Source of the DNA: a plasmid
Length of the DNA stretch: 64,000 nucleotides
Strand: one strand, 5' to 3'
Sequence record: NZ_CP084508.1
A program made the position numbers and the translations under genes. Under the pieces are notes generated by a model that searched no databases, had not been told where the DNA came from, and was given only the letters and a program-made list of their open reading frames with translations. Shown here in pieces: positions 1-8,276 of the stretch (within the stretch, counting starts at the first letter, position 1; every line of letters starts with the position of its first letter).

Positions 1-41
1 ATCAGGCTGAGGGGGAAGAGTTTGCTGCACGAACGCTCTCC

Positions 42-695
42 TTAACTATCATCTTGATCTAGTTCTCTATACCATCTTGTATCTTTGACTCGGCGCTTGC
101 GCTCATTACGCCAAGCTGTCCAGAAGACTGTCTGCGCAGACCATTTCGTTGCATTCAGGCGAGTAGGGGGAAGACCGGCTAAACGGCGCAGGCGTATTGA
201 GAGGATCAACACTTTTATTCCCAAACGGGCGAACTGGTACTGGCGCGCCTGAAAGAACTCAGTATGATCAGGCGGATTCCAGCAACACTCCGCAGCCGCA
301 CCAACCTGCCTTTCTGCTTCATTCTGCAATATAGGCAGCTCACGTATCTGATACATGATCCGAGCTGGAAGTGTTCGCCAGTTACCAGAGATCTCATCTA
401 GCTTAAGTCCACCCGGCGTACTGGTTGTTGGGTAATACTCGCCATCCGCATTCTCTTCACCATCATCAAGAACAATTTCTGCGCATTCCTCAACAAACTT
501 CTCTAACACAAAGACCAGTTCAGTCGATATGAAGAGACGCTCTTCGTCAGCTTTTTTCGCCGCCGCAGCTCTCTCACGCTTATCAATCCGATGCTGTGTT
601 AACAAAACACCCCCCAATGCAGCGCCGGCTGATACCAAACCGATCAGCAGTTGAGGCAGGTAATTCACGATAGGAACTATTAACGAGGTAGTCAT
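42..695 (-). CDS. hypothetical protein with one N-terminal transmembrane helix (217 aa)
   Basis: Uninterrupted ORF. Hydrophobic N-terminus (LIVPIVNYLPQLLIGLVSAGAALGGVLL) followed by a charged region. No recognisable family. Confidence 0.35.
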   Translation of the reverse strand: MTTSLIVPIVNYLPQLLIGLVSAGAALGGVLLTQHRIDKRERAAAAKKADEERLFISTELVFVLEKFVEECAEIVLDDGEENADGEYYPTTSTPGGLKLDEISGNWRTLPARIMYQIRELPILQNEAERQVGAAAECCWNPPDHTEFFQARQYQFARLGIKVLILSIRLRRLAGLPPTRLNATKWSAQTVFWTAWRNERKRRVKDTRWYRELDQDDS

Positions 696-1198
696 AGCGT
701 AAAAGCGGTCGTGTCAAATCACGACATAGGTCATGATGTGCTATCACATCGCACTATTTCCAAATAAATTATTACAGTGAAAACCACAACCTAAAGAAAC
801 TATTTCTTTAGGCAATTACCGAATCCCCCTACGAACCTGATCCGAGTTTTGCCTATAGGAAATAATCGGAAGTATACCACGGTCACAAGCTGCGCAATGT
901 CGTCTATTTATCCGATTTTTCTCGCTGACGATCACCCCGTCAAAACACAACATCTAGTGGCTATATCAGCTGGATAAGCCACTACATCGTGTATCGATGG
1001 GGTAAGGGGAGGGGGCTGACGATCGGCAGATCCGAAACTACCTTTTTTCGGATCTTCGCAATGAAAAACAGGCTGGTGATATGATTTTATGATTATGTGA
1101 ATAATATCATATTAAGTATGCTTATTGAGCATTACGCAATAAATCATTCATGATATGATTTCATACATAACCGGACACTATCAGATGGAGCATTCAGA

Positions 1199-1468
1199 AT
1201 GGATGAGAAAGTATTCTTTCACCTTAGTTATGAAACTATGCTCGGCGACACGGAAGATTTCGTTAATGCGTGTCTTGAACGGGCAAACCGTGCCGACTGC
1301 AACGATGCTGATGCCGAGATTTCCCGGGCGCGCAGCGCGATCGAACTCTGGTACCACCTGACGATGGCGGGCCGGGCTCCTGAAGATGTCGCCGACAGGG
1401 ACCATCTGCGCCTCACCGAAATGCTCCTGCGCGCTCCAACAGCAGAACAACGTTCATGGCAGCAGTAA
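1199..1468 (+). CDS. hypothetical protein, 89 aa (GC-rich cassette)
   Basis: ORF in a locally GC-rich (~60%) segment. Its stop overlaps the start of the next ORF (ATGGCAGCAGTAA) by 13 bp. Confidence 0.3.
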   Translation: MDEKVFFHLSYETMLGDTEDFVNACLERANRADCNDADAEISRARSAIELWYHLTMAGRAPEDVADRDHLRLTEMLLRAPTAEQRSWQQ

Positions 1469-2064
1469 CAACCTCCCGCAAGCCTTCTCCGCTGCAGCGG
1501 CGGGTGCTGATTGTGCTGGCCGCCCTCGATGAGAAACGTCCTGGCCCCGTGGCCACGCGGGATATTGAGCGGGTGCTGGAGCGGGGCGGAGACGCACCGG
1601 TGTATGGCCCCAACCTGCGCGCTTCCTGCCGACGGATGGAAACGGCGGGCTGGCTGCGTACCCTGCGAGCGCCCAACCTACAGCTGGCCGTTGAACTGAC
1701 AGAAGCCGGGCGGGCAGTTGCCCTACCGTTGCTGATGGCTGAACAGGATCGCGTCCTCGCCGAACAGCGCGCTACGGAGGTGATCGTTCTTCCCTTAGTT
1801 CCACGCAAAGCGGCAGATACTACATCCCCTCATACTGACGATCGGCCGGTCACGCTGAATAACATCGGCTACATGGCGTGCCGGGGCGATTTTGTGGTGC
1901 GTCTTGACGGCAGCACCTGCCTGCAGCTGTGGAGCAGAGCCGGGCATCTAACCCGTCTCGCGGGCGATCCCCTCCAGGTAGCACAGTGGCTACAGGCCTG
2001 TCACGATGCAGGTATCGATATCAGGATACAGATCAATGAAAGCCACACACCAGAAGAGGGCTAG
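1456..2064 (+). CDS. hypothetical protein, possible winged-helix DNA-binding N-terminus (202 aa)
   Basis: ORF translationally coupled to the 89-aa ORF. N-terminus (QRRVLIVLAALDEKRPGPVATRDIERVLERGG) resembles a MarR/ArsR-like winged helix. This is inference only. Confidence 0.35.
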   Translation: MAAVTTSRKPSPLQRRVLIVLAALDEKRPGPVATRDIERVLERGGDAPVYGPNLRASCRRMETAGWLRTLRAPNLQLAVELTEAGRAVALPLLMAEQDRVLAEQRATEVIVLPLVPRKAADTTSPHTDDRPVTLNNIGYMACRGDFVVRLDGSTCLQLWSRAGHLTRLAGDPLQVAQWLQACHDAGIDIRIQINESHTPEEG

Positions 2065-2208
2065 ATTAGGGAGCCAGCGCGATACGGTGGTGAGTCTGTC
2101 CAGTCGAGAAGATGGAATTAGCTCTTTAGCACGTTCACTAGTGCGCTATCCTCTCCTGATCCCCGCATTGCTAGAAATCTAAGTATCCAAAAAAGATTAA
2201 ATATACAG

Positions 2209-2232
2209 ACGTTATCCACCGAAACTGTGGAT
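2209..2232. promoter_or_regulatory. inverted pair of DnaA-box-like 9-mers (GTTATCCAC n6 GTGGATAAC)
   Basis: Sequence gttatccaccgaaactgtggataac matches the TTATCCACA consensus in both arms. Confidence 0.35.
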
Positions 2233-2283
2233 AACGCCGCTTCCTTTCCTGCTGTTCCCCACACTTACCCCCTTACCAAAAGT

Positions 2284-2340
2284 ATCAACAAAGTTGACAC
2301 ATCTGTTGTTATACACTAAAGTATCATCATTGTTGATACA
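2284..2340. promoter_or_regulatory. putative mazE/pemI operator-promoter with a 10-bp inverted repeat
   Basis: GTATCAACAA ... TTGTTGATAC perfect inverted repeat 15 bp upstream of the mazE-like start, plus RBS aagggga. Confidence 0.4.
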
Positions 2341-2355
2341 ATAAGGGGAAGAGAA

Positions 2356-2601
2356 ATGGCACAAGTAGTAGTGAAAAAATGGGGCAATAGCCCGTCGGTA
2401 CGCCTCCCGGTTGCAATAATGCAAGCCGCATCACTTAACGTCGATGATACCGTTGATATTGCTGTAGAAGACGGTCGGATCGTGATCATCCCGGTGAAAG
2501 CAAAAGAGTATTCACTTGATACGCTCTTAGCTGGGATCACCGAGGATAACATTCATGAAAGAATGGGCTTTGGCGAGCCGGTAGGAAAGGAGTTACTCTG
2601 A
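2356..2601 (+). CDS. mazE: MazE/PemI-family antitoxin (SpoVT/AbrB fold)
   Basis: 81 aa. MAQVVVKKWGNSPSVRLPVAIMQAASLNVDDTVDI is the characteristic MazE/PemI/ChpS N-terminus. Stop overlaps the downstream toxin start (ATGA). Confidence 0.85.
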   Translation: MAQVVVKKWGNSPSVRLPVAIMQAASLNVDDTVDIAVEDGRIVIIPVKAKEYSLDTLLAGITEDNIHERMGFGEPVGKELL

Positions 2602-2933
2602 TGGTTTCACGTTTTGTACCGGATTCGGGTGATCTGATCTGGATTGATTTTGATCCCGTAGCAGGGCACGAACAAGGGGGAAAGCGCCCCGCCGTCGTAC
2701 TAAGTCCGTTTGCATACAACAATAAAGTCGGATTATTACTGTGCGTACCCTGTACCACTAAGGTTAAGAATTATCCCTTTGAGGTAGAACTTTCGGGAGA
2801 ACGTGACAGCGTAGCGTTAGCGGATCAGATCACTTGCGTTGACTGGCGAGCCAGAAAAGTAACAAAAAAAGGTACTATCAGCGCTATTGAGCTGGCCGAT
2901 ATAAGAGCTAAGGCAAAAGCCCTCATCGGTTAA
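2601..2933 (+). CDS. mazF: MazF/PemK/ChpB-family endoribonuclease toxin
   Basis: 110 aa. SGDLIWIDFDPVAGHEQGGKRPAVVLSP...LLLCVPCTTK motifs typical of the PemK/MazF fold. Translationally coupled to the antitoxin. Confidence 0.85.
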   Translation: MVSRFVPDSGDLIWIDFDPVAGHEQGGKRPAVVLSPFAYNNKVGLLLCVPCTTKVKNYPFEVELSGERDSVALADQITCVDWRARKVTKKGTISAIELADIRAKAKALIG

Positions 2934-3126
2934 TTAAACATAGCCACTCAGCGCTCTGAAAGGCAACTAGCTGCCGGAGCGCAACAGCTTCTATCCTGTT
3001 ACTGATCTGCTGCGGGGCGGGCAACACCGCGCCCTGGGCCATCACCGGCACTCGATGCCGGAACATGCCAGGCAACCCTGGCCAACACGCTGTAACTCGA
3101 TCTTACGTCCCGCTTATCATGGATAA

Positions 3127-3453
3127 CTATTTATAGTTTTTTATTATCGTATTTATTGTTTTATACCTCTTCCAACTTTCCATAAAGTTACTCCAGTTAC
3201 GCCTGAATGTTAATATCCGCCATACGACACCGATCCCCCACATCACATAGACATAATACTCAAGATATTTAAGTACATGCTCTGAAAAATTCTTGCTCTC
3301 ATCTAAGGATAGAGTCGAGCAGTACATTACATTAAGAAAAATAAATGAAATGACACTAATTATTAATGCAAAACCAACTCTAAACCCCAACAATAAAAAT
3401 GTCAGAGCTAGATAGAATATGACTTCAAATACGATAGAGTCAGAAGAAAACAT
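3127..3453 (-). CDS. small membrane protein (108 aa, 2-3 predicted TM helices)
   Basis: AT-rich ORF with hydrophobic stretches. Co-directional with and just downstream of the MBL-fold gene. Confidence 0.35.
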   Translation of the reverse strand: MFSSDSIVFEVIFYLALTFLLLGFRVGFALIISVISFIFLNVMYCSTLSLDESKNFSEHVLKYLEYYVYVMWGIGVVWRILTFRRNWSNFMESWKRYKTINTIIKNYK

Positions 3454-3518
3454 TATGACCTCTGTATAACCCTATAACCTGATTATAGATATTTAGTAGA
3501 ATAGCACAATCATAAGCT

Positions 3519-4319
3519 CTATCCAAGAATACAAACATCTCCGGTTGCCGGAGCGACTACTTCCGGCAACCACAAACGGCCCCATTTACCAGTACAATGA
3601 CAACCCATTATTTTATCTGGTTTATTTCGCTGTAGAAGCTGCCTTACCTTCCTAAGATTAATGGGGGATGCAAAGCGCAGATGAAAACCACCAAATATGG
3701 CATGAATATGATATATTCCGGTTATATTCTGGCAGTGGCGTACGATATCAATTAGCCCTCGATGGCCACAACCGACAAAGATGATCAGCCCCAAGTCGGA
3801 TTTATAGATTAAAACTCCCTCATCTTTTACATAATCTGCTTTTACATTCTTACTACCGGTAACACCATAAGCACGTGGTTTATCTACAGGAATTTCTCCT
3901 GACCACAAAAAACGCTCACTGATATGTAATGGGGTGCTGCTATAATCCATGCGAAAACGTGAAAAATCATTATGTAATGATAATTTTTTTATTCTTGCTG
4001 TATAACCTAAAAATCTTACTCCAGAGTAGCGCTCAATCGCCACCGTGGGATGGCATATTATCCGAGTTGAATCAGGTAACCACGGAACACCGCCGCAATG
4101 ATCATAGTGCCCGTGTGAAAGAACCACCGCAGTTAAATTTGTCAAATCGACACCCATTAAACCCGCGTTATGCATGAAACTATCATCAGGCCCTGTATCA
4201 AACAGAATTGAGTCATTTTCATCCTGTATCAACAGGCTAAGGCCAGCTTTAGCACACAGCAATTTTTTAGAGCTTGGATTGAGTCGGTTTTCCAACAGGA
4301 CAGTAACGGTTATGGACAT
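3519..4319 (-). CDS. metallo-beta-lactamase-fold hydrolase
   Basis: 266 aa. HxHxDH motif (VLSHGHYDHCGG) and a downstream His-containing region typical of the MBL fold. Low-GC gene. Confidence 0.6.
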   Translation of the reverse strand: MSITVTVLLENRLNPSSKKLLCAKAGLSLLIQDENDSILFDTGPDDSFMHNAGLMGVDLTNLTAVVLSHGHYDHCGGVPWLPDSTRIICHPTVAIERYSGVRFLGYTARIKKLSLHNDFSRFRMDYSSTPLHISERFLWSGEIPVDKPRAYGVTGSKNVKADYVKDEGVLIYKSDLGLIIFVGCGHRGLIDIVRHCQNITGIYHIHAIFGGFHLRFASPINLRKVRQLLQRNKPDKIMGCHCTGKWGRLWLPEVVAPATGDVCILG

Positions 4320-4349
4320 ATTGCTTCTTTCCTGAAATGGTTCGTTCTT

Positions 4350-5541
4350 TCAACACATTATCCACTGTACCACGAGCACCTGTTGACATCCTCCCCGGCC
4401 TGAAGGCCAGAGATTCCTACGGCGCTCAGGCGTGGCATTGAGCCACACATGACCGCTTCGGTGGGTTCCTGCTGCTGGCGGCATTACCGCACCGCTCACT
4501 TTACAGGCTAGCCGGGCGTGTCCCGCCCTTAAAACATTGATCGCACCGACCAGATCGGCGTTTTCCTCGAAGCCGCATTCGACGCACAAGAACTGAACCT
4601 GCGTCTTGCGGTTGTCCGCCGACACATGGCCGCAGCACGGACAGGTGCGGCTCGTGTTCTGCGGTGGCACAGTGACAAGCCAGCCACCATTCCATGCCAG
4701 CTTGTAGTCCAGTTGGCGGCGGAACTCGAACCAGCCTTGATCGAGAATGGACTTGTTCAGGCCGGACTTAGCCCGAACGTTTCTTCCCGGTGCATCTGCT
4801 GTGCCTACCGCCGACTTGGACATGTTCCGTACCTGTAAGTCCTTGATGCACACCATCGCGTGGTTTTTGCTGATCGTGGATGAGACTTTGTGCAGGAAGT
4901 CGCGGTGGACGTTGCCAATGCGGGAATGAATCTTCTGGACGCGGGTCTTTGCCTTCTTCCAGTTGTTGCTGAACTTGGCCTTTCGGCTCATGGCCTGCTG
5001 CGCGCGGCGCAGCGCCTTTTCGTGCCGCTTGAAGCTGTTGAGCGGCGCGTAAAACGTCCCATCCGAGAGCGTGGCAAAGCGGGCTACGCCCATATCGATG
5101 CCGATGGCGCTCGTGGACTGAGGCACGGACTGCGCCACTTCCCGCTCAGTCTGGATGCTTACGAACCACTTGCCGCACGACTGGCTCACGGTGATGTTCT
5201 TCACCGTGCCGAGCACGTCGCGGCTGTTGCGGTAGCGCAGCCAGCCAGCCAAGTTTAGGCAGGAACAGACGGTTGTGGGCCTGATCGAGCTTGATTTGCT
5301 TCGGATCGGGATAGCGGAAGCTGTCGGACTGACCTTTCTTCTTGAAACGCGGGAAGTCCGCCCGCTTGGCGAAGAAGTTGGTGTAGGCCCGCTCCAAATC
5401 CTTGAGTGTCTGCTGCAAGGGATGAACAGGCGCATCGGCCAGCCAAGCCGTTTCCGCGTTGTTGCGCCACTCGGTGAGCAGCTTACATAGCCCCGCATAG
5501 CCGAGCTTCTTCTCGCCCTGCTTATAGCGTTCCTTCTGCAA
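4350..5541 (-). pseudogene. tnpB: IS200/IS605-family tnpB (OrfB RNA-guided nuclease homologue), frameshifted, no tnpA partner
   Basis: N-terminal TnpB part sits in the frame of ORF 5146..5541 (…NRLFLPKLGWL). The remainder sits in ORF 4350..5498 (RYRNSRDV…CPCCGHVSADNRKTQVQFLCVECGFEENADLVGAINV zinc-finger/RuvC-III region). The shift lies at a (CAGC)3 tandem repeat at 5238-5249. Confidence 0.8.
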
Positions 5542-5584
5542 CGCCAGCGCTATGCTCAGGGCACAAAATGTCGATCATACTACG

Positions 5585-6007
5585 TTATTTTGCCCAATCT
5601 TCCAGCATCAACCCCGCTACCCTCTCAAACTCCCGCGTATTATTCGTCACCAAAATCGCTCCCGCAGCGATGGCGTGTCCGGCGATCGCCGTATCGTTCG
5701 GGCCAATTGGTGTGCCAGCGGCGGCTAACGCGGCCTTAATTACAATGGTGGCATCGACTACCGTCTTATCCCACGGCAGGATGGCGTCCAGCCTGGAACA
5801 GAATGCATCAACTAATTGTACATGGCGTGGCGAGGCCTTCTTACCAATGGCACCGAATCGCATTTCAGCATAGGTGATAGCCGACACGACGATGCGATGG
5901 TTGTGCAGAACGGCTTGCTCTAGGCGTTTTAGCACTACTTCCGGCTGTTCGCGCATGATGAAGGAGCAGATGTTGGTATCGAGCATATAGGTTCGGCGCT
6001 GTTTCAT
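5585..6007 (-). CDS. vapC: VapC PIN-domain toxin
   Basis: 140 aa. MLDTNICSFIMRE… PIN N-terminus with acidic residues. Overlaps the vapB stop. Confidence 0.85.
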   Translation of the reverse strand: MKQRRTYMLDTNICSFIMREQPEVVLKRLEQAVLHNHRIVVSAITYAEMRFGAIGKKASPRHVQLVDAFCSRLDAILPWDKTVVDATIVIKAALAAAGTPIGPNDTAIAGHAIAAGAILVTNNTREFERVAGLMLEDWAK

Positions 6008-6234
6008 AACGTAAAGCGTCCTTCATCGCTGATCACGTCTTCGCGATCGGCCATAAAATCCGAATCAGCTTTTTCTAGCTGTGCAAATGAGCCCCAAGTC
6101 GGACGGGCGGGACGTAAGATGATGCTGTCACCTTCCCGGATGATCTCTAGCTCACTCACACCTTCAAAATCCAGATCGCGGGGCAGCCGGACGGCGCGGT
6201 TGTTACCATTTTTAAAAATAGATACGGTTCGCAT
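6004..6234 (-). CDS. vapB: VapB antitoxin (SpoVT/AbrB)
   Basis: 76 aa. MRTVSIFKNGNNRAVRLPRDLDFEGVSELEIIREGDSIILRP is the typical VapB/MvpT N-terminus. Confidence 0.85.
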   Translation of the reverse strand: MRTVSIFKNGNNRAVRLPRDLDFEGVSELEIIREGDSIILRPARPTWGSFAQLEKADSDFMADREDVISDEGRFTL

Positions 6235-6261
6235 GATGACCTCCTAGTATTATGGCCTGAT

Positions 6262-6345
6262 GGCCATTTGCATAGGTTAAGTATATGCATATGTTGAGCC
6301 TATGTACAGGCAATGTATATGTTATACATATGCCTATGTTTGCAT
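6262..6345. promoter_or_regulatory. putative vapBC operator/promoter (clustered TATGCATA / TATGTAT palindromic repeats)
   Basis: gcatatgcatatgt…caatgtatatgttatacatatgcctatgtttgcat lies immediately upstream of vapB. Confidence 0.35.
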
Positions 6346-6605
6346 CGCTCATTTTCAGCAAAGATCCGAAAAAAGGTATAAGCAGATCATCCCTTCTTTT
6401 TGTGGAAGGCTGCTTCCTCGTCCTCCGTAATCCTCTGTAACTCTCTGCATTATAAGCTGTTGTTTTACATTTTTAATCGTTTATGCTTTCAGGGTCTGTC
6501 AGCGTAGCTACAGATACATCATCCCAAGGCGTATTCAGACCAAGGGATAACATTTCAACACAATGGAGATTAAGCCTATGGCTTATACAAATCCGACTAA
6601 AAAAT

Positions 6606-7307
6606 ATGGTGAAAACTATGAGCATAAAATTAGGGGAAAACCCAAACGACGACGTTAATCAGACTGTTGAAACTTCTGTAAATGCAGGCATGAACGAACA
6701 GGATATGGCAGCTTTAGACAAAATCAGTAAGTTGCAGGACTCACAGCTCCAGCTGAGCGGAGATACCGAACGAGCAAAAATTGAGGTCTTCCGGCTTCAG
6801 TTTGGTTGTCATGGCGGAAGCAATGTCTTTTTCAATCGTAATGGTAAGGATTGCCGTTACAGCCTTATTGATGGTATCCACGGATCTATGTACGTAGCCA
6901 GAGCTCCGGATACGGCGATGAAGGAAGTTTTTCAGCATAAAAAAGGACTCAGGGAGTCAGAACTCGATAATTACATGATGGGAAGCATCGTTATTGAGAG
7001 AGATATTAGAATCCTTAGTGTTAGCAAGCTGATTAAACGCAGTAACTTGACGTTGCATGATGTGACAACGTCAAATCGAGCAGTGACTCAGTATCTGGCT
7101 AAAAAGGTTCATTCAGCAGGGTTTGACGGAATGGAATTTCTGTCAAATGTCACCGGTGACCCATGCCTTGTTCTATGGCATAACGATCCGGCCGGAACCG
7201 GGCTGGCCACAACCCGGAGCCAGACAAGCCTCAGTCAGTTTGAATATCAGGACAAGGAAGCTGCGGATATTCTTGTTTATGACTTGGGAATTCCTGTTGA
7301 GGAATAA
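6606..7307 (+). CDS. RES-domain protein (putative NAD+-targeting toxin) with ~110-aa N-terminal extension
   Basis: CRYSLIDGIHGSMYVARAPDTAMKEV fits the RES N-terminal motif (R…G..Y.A.s..tA..E). C-terminal …SAGFDGMEFLSNVTGDPCLVLWHN fits the RES Ser region. The ORF track starts at 6483; internal ATGs at 6606 or 6618 are more likely starts. Confidence 0.55.
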   Translation: MVKTMSIKLGENPNDDVNQTVETSVNAGMNEQDMAALDKISKLQDSQLQLSGDTERAKIEVFRLQFGCHGGSNVFFNRNGKDCRYSLIDGIHGSMYVARAPDTAMKEVFQHKKGLRESELDNYMMGSIVIERDIRILSVSKLIKRSNLTLHDVTTSNRAVTQYLAKKVHSAGFDGMEFLSNVTGDPCLVLWHNDPAGTGLATTRSQTSLSQFEYQDKEAADILVYDLGIPVEE

Positions 7308-7338
7308 CTGATAAAGGGGGGCAAGCCCCCCCCTTTCA
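7308..7338. terminator. bidirectional hairpin terminator between convergent genes
   Basis: taaaGGGGGGCAAGCCCCCCCCtttcatt: G/C hairpin flanked by A/T on both sides. Confidence 0.6.
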
Positions 7339-8028
7339 TTAAATTGCGTTTTGTGTACCGTAGTTGCGAGCCAGTCGGCGTAGTTCATTCATCACTTTTT
7401 CATCAGGATTACCTTTCAGAACCTTGGCGACGGTAAACGTACATCCTGCAGGGGTCAGGCCATCCAGAACAGTATTTCTCTGTTCCATAAAGAACGAATA
7501 TTTCATTCTGTCACTGAAGTTGCTCAGCATAGGCATCAGTTCAGCCACGCCCCGAAGCACGCCTTTATCCGAGATCCCCTCTTCATCAGTAAACTGAAAT
7601 ACCGGGTAGTAAAATTCACCATCAATATCGAGGGCAAGTAACCGATCGGTATCTTTCCAGGTTTTCACTGTTGGTTTACTCCGCCCCAAGATTTTTGCCG
7701 CCTCGGCTGAGGTGTATATCCCACCATCATTTTCCAGCGTTTGCAGGAACAATGCCTTACTGTGTAAACGCCGTTGCTGACGTTTTTTTTCTGGCGTTAG
7801 GCTGTTAACAGCACGGTGCTTCATGGACGTAAGGATGGCATCAAGAGCGAACAGTGCGTCGGTTTCAGCCATACTTTCAGGAGAAAGAGGGGTCACTCCA
7901 GACTGGATTTCCTCTACCAGAGTCTTAACAAAATTCTGGAGGCGTGCAGCTGCAATGCCTGAGTTCGACATATTGTGCATGCTGGAGTAGTGATCATTAC
8001 TGTGTCGTTTCTGGGTTGATGTGCTCAT
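7339..8028 (-). CDS. Xre/MbcA/ParS-like antitoxin (HTH plus C-terminal DUF2384-like toxin-binding domain)
   Basis: HTH segment TSAEAAKILGRSKPTVKTW. C-terminal FFMEQRNTVLDGLTPAGC…LKGNPDEKVMNELRRL resembles the DUF2384 motif of RES-partner antitoxins. Confidence 0.55.
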   Translation of the reverse strand: MSTSTQKRHSNDHYSSMHNMSNSGIAAARLQNFVKTLVEEIQSGVTPLSPESMAETDALFALDAILTSMKHRAVNSLTPEKKRQQRRLHSKALFLQTLENDGGIYTSAEAAKILGRSKPTVKTWKDTDRLLALDIDGEFYYPVFQFTDEEGISDKGVLRGVAELMPMLSNFSDRMKYSFFMEQRNTVLDGLTPAGCTFTVAKVLKGNPDEKVMNELRRLARNYGTQNAI

Positions 8029-8276
8029 ACAACCTCCTTTTCGATTTTATAACAGCAATACTAGAGCAAATCGTTAAGTTGTGCAAGGTTTGTGCATTCG
8101 AGATTAGATGATAGCTTTAATCAATCAATGGCAATTATTTTATAGGGATTGCTAATTGCACCCTCCTAAGATCCGAAAAAAGGCTAACCGGTTCTCTTGC
8201 AGCTACTGATAGGAAGGTTTTACAGTCGCATAAACAATATCGTTTCGCCTGTGCCTGCTTGATAAAGGAACCTTGC

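Noticed and set aside
4501-5490. Multiple ORFs inside and antisense to tnpB (4501..4695, 4626..4838, 4747..4929, 4890..5258, 5255..5470, 5275..5490)
   Set aside because: All overlap the recognised tnpB reading frames. Treated as noise.
7123-7388. ORFs 7123..7311 (+) and 7173..7388 (-) spanning the convergent gene junction
   Set aside because: Overlap the 3' ends of the RES-like and antitoxin-like genes and the terminator hairpin. No independent support.
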